A program made the position numbers and the translations under genes. This document shows, piece after piece, positions 9,785 through 20,800 of a stretch of DNA of 64,000 nucleotides. The stretch comes from an uncultured Gemmatimonadales bacterium. GTDB taxonomy: Bacteria > Gemmatimonadota > Gemmatimonadetes > Gemmatimonadales > GWC2-71-9. Each line of letters opens with the position of its first letter. Position 1 is the stretch's first letter. The notes under the pieces are model-generated. The model had not been told where the DNA came from, did not search any database, and worked only from the letters and a program-made list of their open reading frames with translations. The stretch covers positions 128,001-192,000 of the forward strand of contig CAWCVB010000014.1 of the NCBI GenBank assembly GCA_963798915.1, written 5' to 3'.

Positions 9785-10852
9785 ATGGTTTCACCCATCT
9801 TGAGGCGGCTTGCGCCTCCCCTGCTGATGTTCCTCGTGGCCGCCTGCCAGCGGGGCCAGAGGCCGGACCCTGCCCCCGCTGCAGTCTCGGTGGCAAGCGA
9901 CATTCCGGACCTGCTGGCTACCATCGGCAGCCAGCCGATTACCATGGCTGACGTCCGCCAGCGGGCCGGAGATGAACTTGATGAAATGCAGGCCCGCTAT
10001 GAACGGGCCCGCTACAACTTGGTGCAGACGACCCTGAACCAGATCGTGCAGGAACGGGCGCTGCAGGCCGAGGCCGGCCGCCAGCACAAGACCGTTGACG
10101 AGCTGGTGGCGGATGAAATTGGCGAAGCCGTGGAGCCCAGCGACTCCGAGATCGGCGCCTGGTACAAGGCCAACCCCTCGCGGACCGGTGGCCGGGCGCT
10201 GGAGCAGATCCGGCCCCAGATCGCGGATTTCCTGCGCTCCGAGCGCCGCAAGGCGGCGCTTGCCCAGCTCAATGAACGGGCCACGGGTGCAGACAGCGTG
10301 AAGATCCTGCTGCCGCCGTATCGCCTGGTGCTGGACAATGCCCGCGCGCCTGCCCGCGGACCGGCCGACGCGGCGGTCACGCTGGTGGAGTTCTCGGACT
10401 TCCAGTGTCCCTTCTGCGGTCGGTTCTTTCCCACCCTCAAGCAGATCGAGCGGACCTACGGTGACAAGATCCGCATCGTCTACCGGCAGTATCCGCTGAC
10501 CAGTCTCCATCCGAACGCCTTCAAGGCGGCAGAAGCGTCGCTATGCGCCAATGACCAGGGGAAGTTCTGGGAAATGCATGACGAGATGTTCCAGGACCAG
10601 AGCCGCCTCGCGGTCCGGAACCTGAAGGCCTCGGCTGCGCGCCTGGGCCTCGATCAGCAGGAGTTCAACGCCTGCATGGATACGGGCCGGCACACCGAGC
10701 AGGTGCAGGATGATCTGGCCGCCGGCGGGCGGGCCGGCGTGACTGGTACGCCCGCACTGTTCGTGAACGGGGTGCCGATTGACGGCGGCGCGGTACCCTA
10801 TGAAGTCGTCGCCAAGGCCATTGATCTGGCCCTGGGCGGCGCGTCGCACTAG
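9785..10852 (+). CDS. DsbA-family thiol-disulfide oxidoreductase lipoprotein with N-terminal helical domain
   Basis: Lipobox LVAAC; VEFSDFQCPFC; cis-Pro loop GVTGTP. Confidence 0.9.
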   Translation: MVSPILRRLAPPLLMFLVAACQRGQRPDPAPAAVSVASDIPDLLATIGSQPITMADVRQRAGDELDEMQARYERARYNLVQTTLNQIVQERALQAEAGRQHKTVDELVADEIGEAVEPSDSEIGAWYKANPSRTGGRALEQIRPQIADFLRSERRKAALAQLNERATGADSVKILLPPYRLVLDNARAPARGPADAAVTLVEFSDFQCPFCGRFFPTLKQIERTYGDKIRIVYRQYPLTSLHPNAFKAAEASLCANDQGKFWEMHDEMFQDQSRLAVRNLKASAARLGLDQQEFNACMDTGRHTEQVQDDLAAGGRAGVTGTPALFVNGVPIDGGAVPYEVVAKAIDLALGGASH

Positions 10853-10877
10853 AGGAAGCGCGACGCTTCGGGCTGCA

Positions 10878-12635
10878 CTACATGGTGGCGGGCACGTCGG
10901 CTGAACAGACGGCGCCCGCCACACCCGTTTCGCACACCCGGAAGATGTAGCTGTTCTGCCCCTTGCGGGGCGTGGTGAATACGAAGCTGCCGGGGTTTGC
11001 GACGGTGCCTGCGGCGGCGCCGTCCACGTACACCGTCACCGTGGCACTGGTGGCGCCGGTCCAGGAAAGCGTCGCGGTGCTGTGGCCTTTCACCTTCCGG
11101 CTGGAAACGCTGAGGAGCACGCCGACGTCCACCTGTCGGACGGCACTCGACGACAGGCCGGCGGAATTGGTGACGGTGAGACTGACCTGATACACCCCGC
11201 TCGCGGTGTAGCTGTGGTCGGATCCCGTCTCCGGCGCATCCACTGGCGCCGATCCGTCGCCGTAGTTCCACTGGCGCTGGACGATCACCCCACCCGGATC
11301 CGCGCTCGCGTCGACGAAGCTGCATGCCAACCTGCCGCATGTGTCCGTGAAGGCCGCGACAGGTGCAGAGACCACCGGATCCAACCCGGCCGAAGTCGAG
11401 TCGATGGATCCGGTTCCGGATGCCGTAAGCGAGCCGGTGTAGAGCAGGTTGCCATGGCTGGAGCCACCCTTGAGTGAGCCGACCCCACTGATGGCGCCGC
11501 TGGTGGCGAGGCTCGAAAGCGCGGAGGCCACGTCCTGGGCGGTGGCGTCAGGGTGGAGTTCCAGAAAGAGTGCCGCTGCTCCCGTGGCGTGCGGGGCCGC
11601 CATCGAGGTGCCGCTCATCACCTTGCTGGCCTGGTCATCGGCCATGCCCGCTGAGCGGATGCCCACTCCGGGTGCATACCAATCCACACAGGAGCCGAAA
11701 TTCGAGAAGCTGGCGGCCGCATCGGTGCTGTCGCTCGCAGCGATGGTCATCGCCTCGGCGACTCTGGCTGGCGAGTAGAAGCAGGCGTCAGTGGCGGAGT
11801 TCCCGGCAGCGACGCCTGCAGGAATGCCGGCGGCGATAACCTGCCGGACTGCGCTATCTACGATGGCGTTCGGACCCCCGCCAAGCGAGATGTTCATCGC
11901 CGCAGGCCGCGCTGCGTGGGCCATGATCCAGTCGAGTCCGGCCAGCACTGTGCTGGTGCTGCCGGCCCCCCGACAATCCAGCACCCGTACCGACACCAGC
12001 TGCGCGCCCTTTGCTACGCCATAGGCCGCGCCGCCGACCGTTCCCGCCACGTGAGTACCGTGGCCATAGCAGTCGCTGCCGTCCCCGCCGAGGGCGTCGT
12101 ATCCCGCCACGGCGCGCCCGCCAAAGTCCGTGTGGCTGAAGCGGATGCCGGAGTCGAGGATGTACACCGTGACTCCGCGCCCAGTGGCGCCGTAGGTGTA
12201 GTTCCCATCACGCGACGTCCGCTGGTCAATGCGGTCAAGTCCCCATGGCGCCGCCGACTCAACGCCACCGTCAGCCGTAAATGGCCGGTCCGGTTCGACC
12301 CGGCTCACGCGGGCATCACGAAGCAGTCCCGCGCGGGCGGCATCGGAGATGCTGCCCGCAAAGCCGACCAAGGCATCGCGATACAGGTACTGAGGCGAGA
12401 TACCATGTGCGCGCGCGACTTCGCCCGGGTCGGTCCTGGGCGTGAGAAGCACGACGAAACGGCCGGGGAGGGCGGATGCCGATGCCGCGGAGGCAAAGGA
12501 GGTGGAGACCTGATCGGTTTCAAGCGACGACGTCGTCGGCTCACAGGCAGTGAGCCACGCAAGGACAGCGGCAAGAGCGAACGGAGCGCACCGCGCGGCG
12601 ACGCGGTCGAGGCGCAATGCGGAGCTGGCGAGCAC
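10878..12635 (-). CDS. S8 subtilisin-like serine protease (aqualysin/proteinase K type) with I9 propeptide and PKD domain
   Basis: WGLDRIDQ; catalytic triad motifs ILDSG, HGTHVAG, GTSMA; PKD-like WNYGDG...HSYTASGVYQVSLTV. Probable GTG start at 12635 after GGGAGG; lipobox LTAC. Confidence 0.92.
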   Translation of the reverse strand: MLASSALRLDRVAARCAPFALAAVLAWLTACEPTTSSLETDQVSTSFASAASASALPGRFVVLLTPRTDPGEVARAHGISPQYLYRDALVGFAGSISDAARAGLLRDARVSRVEPDRPFTADGGVESAAPWGLDRIDQRTSRDGNYTYGATGRGVTVYILDSGIRFSHTDFGGRAVAGYDALGGDGSDCYGHGTHVAGTVGGAAYGVAKGAQLVSVRVLDCRGAGSTSTVLAGLDWIMAHAARPAAMNISLGGGPNAIVDSAVRQVIAAGIPAGVAAGNSATDACFYSPARVAEAMTIAASDSTDAAASFSNFGSCVDWYAPGVGIRSAGMADDQASKVMSGTSMAAPHATGAAALFLELHPDATAQDVASALSSLATSGAISGVGSLKGGSSHGNLLYTGSLTASGTGSIDSTSAGLDPVVSAPVAAFTDTCGRLACSFVDASADPGGVIVQRQWNYGDGSAPVDAPETGSDHSYTASGVYQVSLTVTNSAGLSSSAVRQVDVGVLLSVSSRKVKGHSTATLSWTGATSATVTVYVDGAAAGTVANPGSFVFTTPRKGQNSYIFRVCETGVAGAVCSADVPATM

Positions 12636-12883
12636 GAGGTCCTCCCGAAGGTATGGAAGCCTGGCTAGCAAGCGGGGTGCCCACCGGCCACCGCGATTGG
12701 CGGGGCGCGTCAAGCGATATGATCTGATGGAGTTAGCCGTACGTGAAGGAGCCCTTTTTCACCGAGCTGGCGCGCCACTGCAGCCGGTTGCACTGCGTAG
12801 CGCCGCCATAATCGCATCTCCCGGCGAGCCGGGGCAGGAGGGGCAGGATGGATGAGTGGGGCAGCGCAGAATTCGCCCGCCCT

Positions 12884-14434
12884 CTATTCCGCCCCCTCCA
12901 CTATCTGCTTGTAGCTCTCGGGATTCCACTTCGGCCGTGCGTCGGCATTGGCCACTTCCAAGCCCAGGAAGTAGACGAGCTTGATGATGCGCGCCTCCTT
13001 CTCGGCCTCGATCTTGTCAGGCTCATCGCCCGGGCCATGGTAGTCCTCGTGGGTCCCGTTGAAGAAGAACAGAATGGGCACACCCTTCCGCGCAAAATTG
13101 AAGTGGTCGGAGCGGAAGTAGAAGTTCTCGTCCGGCCAGATGTCGTCGATCGCGGTCATGCCAAGTTCTGGGTGCGCGATGTTGACGCGATTGAGCGTGG
13201 CGCCCAGATCCGAATGCTCCTTGCCAATGACGACAATGGTGTCCTTCCAGTTGCGCCCGATCATGTCCATGTTGAGGTCCGCGACAATCTGGGTGACCGG
13301 AACCGGCGGATGCTCGCTGAACCAGCTACTGCCCCACAGACCTTTTTCCTCGCCGCTGACGGTCAGAAAAATCAACGAGCGGCGCGGCCGCGCGCCGGGT
13401 TGGGTAAACGCCTCGGCCAGCTCCATGATGCCGGTAGTACCGGACCCATCGTCATCCGCCCCGTTCCAGATGCTGTCGGTGGAACCCTTCCGGGGCGAAT
13501 GCACCCCGACATGGTCCATGTGTGCGGAGAAGACGACATACTCGTGCTTGAGCTCAGGATCGCTTCCTTCCAGGATGCCGACGGTGTTCGGGGCGCTCAG
13601 TCCGCTGTCGCTGACTTCTCGAGCTTCCACCATCACCGTGAGACCGTCCAACGGCCGCACCACCGGAGCGGTTGCCTGCCGGACCGCTGTGACGTCAATG
13701 CCCGATTCCCGCAGCGGCGCGGCCATGGCCCCATCCCGGACCTCGATAATGGGGATGCCTTCGGGTTCCTCGGACGGCATGACCAGCCGGACGCGTGCGG
13801 TGTTCTCCCTGGCCAGTGCCTCCCGGAACTGGACGGAGTCGCGGTTGGACGCGAAGATGAGGGCTTGCGCCTTGGATTGCGCCAGCCGCTGCAGGATGAC
13901 ATTGGTTGCGGCAGGCACCGGATGGGAGTAATCGACCACCATGATCACGATACGATCGGTGGCCTGGCTGACGTCGAAGCTGGTGGTGTCGAGCGCGCCA
14001 CCGACCACGAGCGCCTTCCCGCGAAGCGATGCGGCCGGCATGGGGCCGTAACGCCATCTGGCATCCGCGGTGAAGTCAACATGCGCGTGCGCCGTTCCCG
14101 CCATGAAGCCGACGTGCGACTGCGCCGCGTCCAGTCGAGTGCGAACCAGCGGATAGCGCTGAAGGTATGAGCCGCTGTCGCCGCCTGGCTTGAGGCCGAC
14201 CCGTCGGAATTCGCTGGCTACGTACGCCGCGGTCATTTCCAGTCCGCGGCTGGGCGTGTCCCGGCCCATCATGGAATCATCGGCGATGATGTGGACTCGC
14301 CGGGCGACGTCCACCTCAGTAATGGAGGCGGCGCCCCGCGCGACAGCGGAATTGGGCGCGGCGCTTGTCATCTGAGCCGAGGCGGGCGCGACCGACGACG
14401 CGGCAAGTAATCCGACCAGGAAGAAGCTGCGCAT
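12884..14434 (-). CDS. M28-family metallopeptidase, secreted
   Basis: SAHMDH, NGADDDGSG, GEEKGLWGS, NMDMIGR, RSDH, DYH. Signal peptide from ATG 14434. Confidence 0.93.
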   Translation of the reverse strand: MRSFFLVGLLAASSVAPASAQMTSAAPNSAVARGAASITEVDVARRVHIIADDSMMGRDTPSRGLEMTAAYVASEFRRVGLKPGGDSGSYLQRYPLVRTRLDAAQSHVGFMAGTAHAHVDFTADARWRYGPMPAASLRGKALVVGGALDTTSFDVSQATDRIVIMVVDYSHPVPAATNVILQRLAQSKAQALIFASNRDSVQFREALARENTARVRLVMPSEEPEGIPIIEVRDGAMAAPLRESGIDVTAVRQATAPVVRPLDGLTVMVEAREVSDSGLSAPNTVGILEGSDPELKHEYVVFSAHMDHVGVHSPRKGSTDSIWNGADDDGSGTTGIMELAEAFTQPGARPRRSLIFLTVSGEEKGLWGSSWFSEHPPVPVTQIVADLNMDMIGRNWKDTIVVIGKEHSDLGATLNRVNIAHPELGMTAIDDIWPDENFYFRSDHFNFARKGVPILFFFNGTHEDYHGPGDEPDKIEAEKEARIIKLVYFLGLEVANADARPKWNPESYKQIVEGAE

Positions 14435-14538
14435 GAGTCCTCGGGGAAATGATGGTCCCTGCGTGGGGACAGGATCGGCTGGAAGAGAAGGGCCGCCCCG
14501 CAAAGCTACGAGGCGGCCCGGATCGCGGTTTCAGCGGG

Positions 14539-14823
14539 TCAGGCGTCGGGCTTCCGGCGCTTGAGTTCGGGTTCGCCGGTGCTCCGCGGCTCCTGACGCG
14601 GGGGCGGGGAAGCACGCCGTGGCTCCTGGCGGGTGGCACGCGGCGGTGCCTCCTGGCGGGGCTTCGGCTGCGCAGCAGGCCTCGCGCCCTCGCTCGGCTC
14701 CGCCCGGGCCGGCTGTTCCCGCTGTCCGGCCGGAGCTGCCTCCGGCGAGGGCTGCTGTGCGGCGGCCAGCCCGGGTGCTGCAAAGAGGAGCACTGCTGCG
14801 GCGGCCAACGCCGTAATGCGCAC
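14539..14823 (-). CDS. Small secreted Pro/Arg/Glu-rich hypothetical protein
   Basis: GTG 14823 with GGAGG RBS; signal peptide ITALAAAAVLLFAAPGLAAA-QQ; low-complexity body ending TGEPELKRRKPDA. Confidence 0.65.
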   Translation of the reverse strand: MRITALAAAAVLLFAAPGLAAAQQPSPEAAPAGQREQPARAEPSEGARPAAQPKPRQEAPPRATRQEPRRASPPPRQEPRSTGEPELKRRKPDA

Positions 14824-14872
14824 CAATGAAACCTCCCAGACGGATGAGTCGTAGCGCAGACCAATATAGCGT

Positions 14873-14888
14873 TGCAGGGGTTGTGCCA
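14873..14888 (-). promoter_or_regulatory. Putative sigma54 (-24/-12) promoter
   Basis: Minus strand reads TGGCAC-AACCC-CTGCA (GG-N10-GC), about 50 nt upstream of the 14823 start. Confidence 0.45.
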
Positions 14889-15106
14889 GAGCGGGCAAGG
14901 CCGGCCGGGCGGGCGGGACGGCCGGGAGGTCGTGTGTCGCAGGTCGCAGTGTCACCCTGAGCGAGCAACCCGAGCGACGGGGCAGACCGCGCCGGGCCTT
15001 TCGGCTCCTTCGGTCGCTCCGCCTCCTGAGGCTGGCAACCTGCCCGTCCCACCCGCCCTGCCCGTCTTGCTTTCCCGAAGGCACCATCGATACGTTGCGG
15101 CCCCTG

Positions 15107-16028
15107 ATGGCACATTCCTCCGCTGCGCCCCTCCGCCGCCCCGATCTGCTGGATCCTTGGGAAGTAGCCCGCCTTGGCGGCATCGAGGTCACCACCCGCG
15201 GGGTGGTCGAGGGGTTCCTGGCCGGCCAGCACCGGTCGCCCCGCCGTGGCTTCTCGGTCGAATTCGCTGAGCACAGGATGTACCAGCCCGGCGACGAGCT
15301 CCGATACGTGGATTGGAAGATTCTTGGCCGTAACGACCGGTTGTACGTCAAGCAATACGAAGAAGAAACCAACCTGCGGGCCATGATCGTGCTCGATGCG
15401 TCCCGGTCCATGGCCTGGACAGGTGACCCCACCACCACGCTGTCAAAGCTCGACTATGCCGCCCGGCTCGCCGCCGCGATCGGTCTCCTCCTGTTGCGCC
15501 AGCGCGACGCCGCAGGACTGGTGGCCTTCGACGACGAGGTGCGGCAGGTGGTGCCGCCGCGCGCGCGAACCTCGCATTGGCAGCAACTGGTCGCGGCCCT
15601 GGCGGAACTCCGGCCCGGCGCAGGGCACGGCCGCCGGCCCGGCCTTGGCGCGGGTCATGGATTTCCTTCGACGCCGGGGCATGGTGATCTTCATTTCGGA
15701 CCTCCTGCTGGACCGGGATCTCGCCATGTCGGCGTTGCGCTTTCTGCGTCATCGCGGCCATCAGGTGCTGGTCCTCCACATCATGGATCCCGCCGAGCTT
15801 CATCTCGGCGGACCGGCGGAGGCCCGTTTTGAAGATCCTGAGTCGCACCAGTCCGTCGTACTTCGTCCTGCCGACTGGGCCGAGGCCTATGCGCAGACCA
15901 TACGGCGCGTGACCCATGACTGGACCGTGGCCTGCCGCCAGTTCGGCATCGCCTATCATCAGGTGCTCACCAACCGACCGTTCGGGGATGCCCTGCGGGA
16001 GGCGCTCGCCGCGCCGCGTGGAGCATGA
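15107..16028 (+). pseudogene. DUF58 protein, frameshifted as sequenced near 15610-15626 (possibly artefact)
   Basis: GQHRSPRRGFSVEFAEHRMYQPGDELRYVDWK and LYVKQYEEE lie in one frame; VIFISDLL...DPAE lies in another. Removing 1 nt restores one ORF. Confidence 0.85.
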
Positions 16029-17809
16029 TCGGCTTTCTCCATCCCTGGATGCTGGCCGCCCTGCCGGCCGTGACGCTTCCGTTCCTGCTGCACCTGCTTG
16101 CCCGGCGGGAACCCCCCACCGTCGCGTTTCCTGCTGTCCGCTATCTCCGCTCCGCCACGGCCGAACACCAGCGCCGGCTTCGGCTCCAGCACTGGCTGCT
16201 TCTGCTCCTACGCATGCTGCTGGTCCTCGCGCTGGTGCTGGCGGCGGCTGCGCCCACGGCATCCATACTGGGGGCGCCGGGCCATGCGCCAAGCGCCCTG
16301 GTGATCATTCTCGACAACAGCGCCAGCAGCGGCGCGGTCACGGGCGGCACGCCCCGTCTCGAGCGGCTGGTGGCGGCGGCACGCGCTGCGCTTTCACGCG
16401 CCACGACGGATGACGCGCTCTGGCTCCTGTTGGCTGACGGGCGCGCTCGACGGGGCGACCCACGCCAGCTGCAGACCATCCTCGACAGCGTAGCTGTGCT
16501 GCCCCTCCGGCTCGATCTTGGGGTCGCCATCAGCGAGGGCGACCAGATCCTGGAGGCACAACGCCGTCCCGGTGAGTTGATGGTGCTGTCAGATCTTCAG
16601 GCCTCGGCGTTGAGCCAGGCCCACCAGCGGGCTCCGCTCCTCGTGGCGCGACCGCCGGAGACTCCGCCCGTCAATCGCGGCGTCGCCGCGCTTGTCGCCA
16701 GTGCACAACCCTGGAGCAGTGACGGCGGGCGGTTGGTCGTATCGGTGACCGGTGATTCCTCCGGGCCAGTAGCGGTGGCCGCTCGTCTGGGCGACCGTCC
16801 CCCGCGCGAGTCGCTCGTGCGTCCCGGTGACAGCGTCAGCGTTACGCTGGCCGCGCCGTCGGAAGGCTGGTACGTGGCGAGCGCCGCATTGGCGCCCGAC
16901 GAATTCCGGTTGGACGACCGCCGGGAAACGCTGGTCCGGGTCGCAGCGGTGGCCTCGGCCAGCTGCGACGAATCGGATCGCTACCTCGAAGCCGCCTGTG
17001 AGGTGCTTCGCCAGAATCGGCGAATCAGGGCTGGCGACAGTATCACGATTGGACGACCGGGTGCTGGGGCGTCAATCATCATGCCGCCGGCTGATGCAGC
17101 GGAAATGGGCGCGCTCAACCGCGAGCTGGCTCGGCGGGGAAGCCAATGGCGCTACGGCCAGCTCAGGCTTGATGCGACAACCACCGACAGCGGCCCGCTG
17201 CTGGGACGGCACCCAGTGAGTCGGCGCTACCAGCTGGTCAGCACCGGCAGTGGTCGCACGGGGGTGCTGGTTTCGGCTGGCGGGGAGCCCTGGATGGTGC
17301 GGTCTGGCAACCTGATCCTGCTGGGAAGCCGATTGGACCCGGACTGGACCGGTCTGCCGCTCGCAGCGGGGTTCATGCCCTTTCTGGATGGGCTCATCAA
17401 TCGGGTGGCGCGCGGCGGCGTTGCCCTGATTGACGGGGATGCCGGCAAACCGTCAGCCTTGCCGGATCAGGTCACGGAAGTGCGACGCGGGACACGGCAC
17501 TGGAAGGTGGATGGCGGCGACTTTTTTACGCCCGGAGACGTGGGCGTCTACTTCCTGCTGACCGATCGCGACACGGTTGGGGCGCTGGTGGCTGGGATCG
17601 ATCGGCGTGAGTCCGCGCTTCAGCCAGCGGATGCGGCCATGGTGCATCGGCTCTGGCCCGGCGCCCGCCTGCTGACACTTGATGAGGCCGGTGACGCCGC
17701 GTTCTCGTCGGCCGCACGCGCCGACCTGCGTGGTCCGCTCCTCTGGGTGGCACTCGCCGCCGGACTGGGTGAGGTGCTTCTGGCGAGCACCCAAAGAAAG
17801 AAGGCATGA
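16025..17809 (+). CDS. BatA-domain/VWA membrane protein
   Basis: N-terminal FLHPWMLAALPAVTLPFLLHLL...FPAVRYL (BatA); MIDAS-like DNSASS; SDLQ; C-terminal TM helix. Confidence 0.85.
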   Translation: MIGFLHPWMLAALPAVTLPFLLHLLARREPPTVAFPAVRYLRSATAEHQRRLRLQHWLLLLLRMLLVLALVLAAAAPTASILGAPGHAPSALVIILDNSASSGAVTGGTPRLERLVAAARAALSRATTDDALWLLLADGRARRGDPRQLQTILDSVAVLPLRLDLGVAISEGDQILEAQRRPGELMVLSDLQASALSQAHQRAPLLVARPPETPPVNRGVAALVASAQPWSSDGGRLVVSVTGDSSGPVAVAARLGDRPPRESLVRPGDSVSVTLAAPSEGWYVASAALAPDEFRLDDRRETLVRVAAVASASCDESDRYLEAACEVLRQNRRIRAGDSITIGRPGAGASIIMPPADAAEMGALNRELARRGSQWRYGQLRLDATTTDSGPLLGRHPVSRRYQLVSTGSGRTGVLVSAGGEPWMVRSGNLILLGSRLDPDWTGLPLAAGFMPFLDGLINRVARGGVALIDGDAGKPSALPDQVTEVRRGTRHWKVDGGDFFTPGDVGVYFLLTDRDTVGALVAGIDRRESALQPADAAMVHRLWPGARLLTLDEAGDAAFSSAARADLRGPLLWVALAAGLGEVLLASTQRKKA

Positions 17810-20800
17810 CGCTCGACCGGATTCTTGAGGCGATCGCCCGATCGCCAGGGGCGCTGGAGGCGCGGGAGCGCCTGCCGCAGCGTGGCGGACGGCTGGCACT
17901 GGGTGGGGCACCCGGATCATCGGGCGCTGCACTGCTGGCGTGGTTCGCCCGGGAAGACCTGGCGCGCACCTACTGCGTGGTTGCGCCCACGCCAGCCGAT
18001 GCTGAACGCTGGTTTGCCGATCTGTCGCTGCTGCTGGACGAGGCCGTCGGACTTTATCCCCAGCGTGAGTCACTCGGTGAGGACGAGGCTCACCTGGAAA
18101 TTGCTGGCGAGCGGGCTGAGACGCTGGAAGCGCTCCTTGGCGGCCGGCTTCGGCTGCTTGTCACGACGGTGCGCGCCACCCTGGAACGCAGTCAAGTCCC
18201 GAACGCCATTGCGCGCTTGCGCCTGGACCTGGCCCGCGGTGACACGCTGGCGCCAGGGACGCTGGCGAATCGCCTTTCGGAGATGGGCTATGAGCGGGTG
18301 GCGACCGTCACCGAGGTCGGGCAGTTCAGCATGCGTGGGGGTATCCTCGACGTATATGGCTTTGGCATGTCGACCGCTGCGCGGCTGGAGTGGTGGGGCG
18401 ATGAAATTTCTTCACTGCGAGGCTTCGACCTCACCAGCCAGCGTTCCGGTGAGGAGCAGGACCGGATCGTGATCCTGCCCTTGCGGGCAGCCCCTGCGGG
18501 CGAGCCGCGTTCGGATGGCTCCAGCGGGGCGCGGCGGGGACTGCTCGAATTGCTTCCGCCCGACACCTTGATGCTGCTGGAAGCCGAAACGCCTGCCGCA
18601 GATGAAGCCAAGCGTGCCTGGGACGAAGCGGCTCATCACCTGGACGTGGCGAGGCGGCTCGGCGACGACGTTCCGAGCCGGGAAGCGATCTTCGAGCCGC
18701 CCGAGCGCTGGCACGAGATGATCAGCCAGTTCGGCCGGGTGATCCTGCGGGCGGATGTGCCCGATGTGCAGCTGGGCGCGATGCCACCCGAGCGCATCGA
18801 GCGAGATCTGGCCCAGCTCGCCGCGCTCCTCCGGTCGGAGCCGCCGACCCTGATTCTGTGTGACAACGAGGGCCAGCGCGACCGCCTGGAGGAATTGCTG
18901 GACGAGCGCGGCGTCCACGCCAGCCTGGCCGTCGGAGCACTGGACGGCGGATTCGTCCTGCCGCGGCTGCGGATCCTCACCGACCACGAGATTTTCCGCA
19001 GGGCTCGCCGAGTCCGGCGAACCAGGCGCTACCGGGCGGCAGCTCCATCCCTCGCCACGGGACTCCTGGCTGAGGGCGACTACGTCGTCCACCTGGAGCA
19101 CGGGATCGGCGTCTACCGTGGCATCCAGACGATTTCGGTGGGGGAGAGCACGCTCGAAGTTGCCATCCTCGAGTACGAGGGCGGCTCGCGACTGAACGTC
19201 CCGCTTTATCGCCTGGACCAGCTCGAGCGGTATCGCGCTGCGGGGGAGGACGGTGATCGGCCGCCGCCCAAGGTCCACCGGCTGGGCGGCAGCAGCTGGG
19301 CGCGAGTGCGGGACCGGGCTCAGCAGGCCATCCGGAAGATGGCGGCCGAGCTGCTGGAGCTGTATGCCCGTCGCAAGGTGGCGGCCGGCTTCCCGTTTCC
19401 GCCCGACACGCGCTGGCAACGGGAATTGGAAGCGAGCTTCCTGTACGAGGACACGCCCGACCAGCGAAAGGCCACGGAGGACATCAAGCGGGACATGGAG
19501 CGTCCCCTGCCGATGGACCGGCTGCTGGTGGGCGACGTCGGCTACGGCAAGACTGAAGTGGCGGTCCGGGCGGCGTTCAAGGCGGTGCAAGGAGGTCGGC
19601 AGGCGGCCGTGCTGGTGCCAACCACCATCCTCGCGGAGCAGCATGGCCGCACCTTCGCCGAGCGGCTGGCCGACTATCCGGTGACCGTGGAAGTGCTTTC
19701 TCGCTTTCGGACCACGAAGGAGCAGAAGGACGTCCTGGCGCGGCTGGAGAAGGGCACCGTGGACATTGTCATCGGCACCCATCGATTGCTGTCCCGCGAT
19801 GTCCAGTTTCGTGAGCTGGGTCTGCTGATAGTAGATGAGGAACATCGGTTCGGGGTGCGCCACAAGGAACGGCTCAAGGCCTTCCGGCTTGCGGTGGATG
19901 TTCTCACCCTGACGGCTACGCCTATTCCCCGCACGCTGCACCTCAGTCTGGCGGGCCTGCGCGATCTCTCGCTGATCGAGACGGCACCGCGGGACCGCTC
20001 TCCGGTCCTGACCTTCGTGGAACCGTGGGATGACGCCCTGCTGGAAGAGGCGCTGGCGCGCGAGGTCGACCGCGGCGGTCAGGTCTTCTTCGTGCATAAC
20101 CGGATCGAGACCATCGAGACGATTGCCCAGCGGGTGCGACATCTCGCGCCGAGGGCGCGGGTCGGCCTGGCCCATGGGCAGTTGCCCGCCGACCAGCTCG
20201 AGGAAGTGATGCGCCGGTTTGTTGCTGGCGAGGTGGATGTGCTGGTGACGACGATGATCGTCGAGTCCGGCCTCGACGTGCCCAACGCCAACACCATGAT
20301 CGTGCACGATGCCCATCGGTTTGGCCTGGCGCAGCTGTACCAGTTGCGGGGGCGGGTGGGGCGGAGCCATCGACGCGCGTACTGCTACCTGCTGGTCCCG
20401 GACACGATCGATCGCGATGCCGAGGAACGGCTCAAGGTGCTCGAGCATCATAGTGACCTGGGTGCGGGGTACCGGATTGCGCTCAAGGACCTGGAGATTC
20501 GGGGGGCGGGCAACCTGCTGGGCTCGGAGCAGTCCGGCCATGCTCACGCGGTCGGGTTCGACCTCTACATGCGCTGGCTGGAGGAAACGGTTCGAGCGCT
20601 TCGCGGGCGGGGCGAGGAGGCGCCGGCGCCGCCCGATGTGGTGCTGGAGGCCGCGGCGCATCTGCCGGACGATTACGTGGCCGACGACGACGTCAAGCTG
20701 GATATCTACCGCCGACTGGCGCGGGCGGAGTCGTCAGGTGAAATTGATGGGCTTGGCACCGAACTTCGGGAACGATTCGGGCCGCTGCCGGAGCCGGCCG

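Noticed and set aside
18412..20661. 749-aa antisense ORF over mfd, and similar long shadow ORFs over typA, the M28 peptidase and the ALDH
   Set aside because: Expected from GC-rich codon bias; no recognisable motifs.
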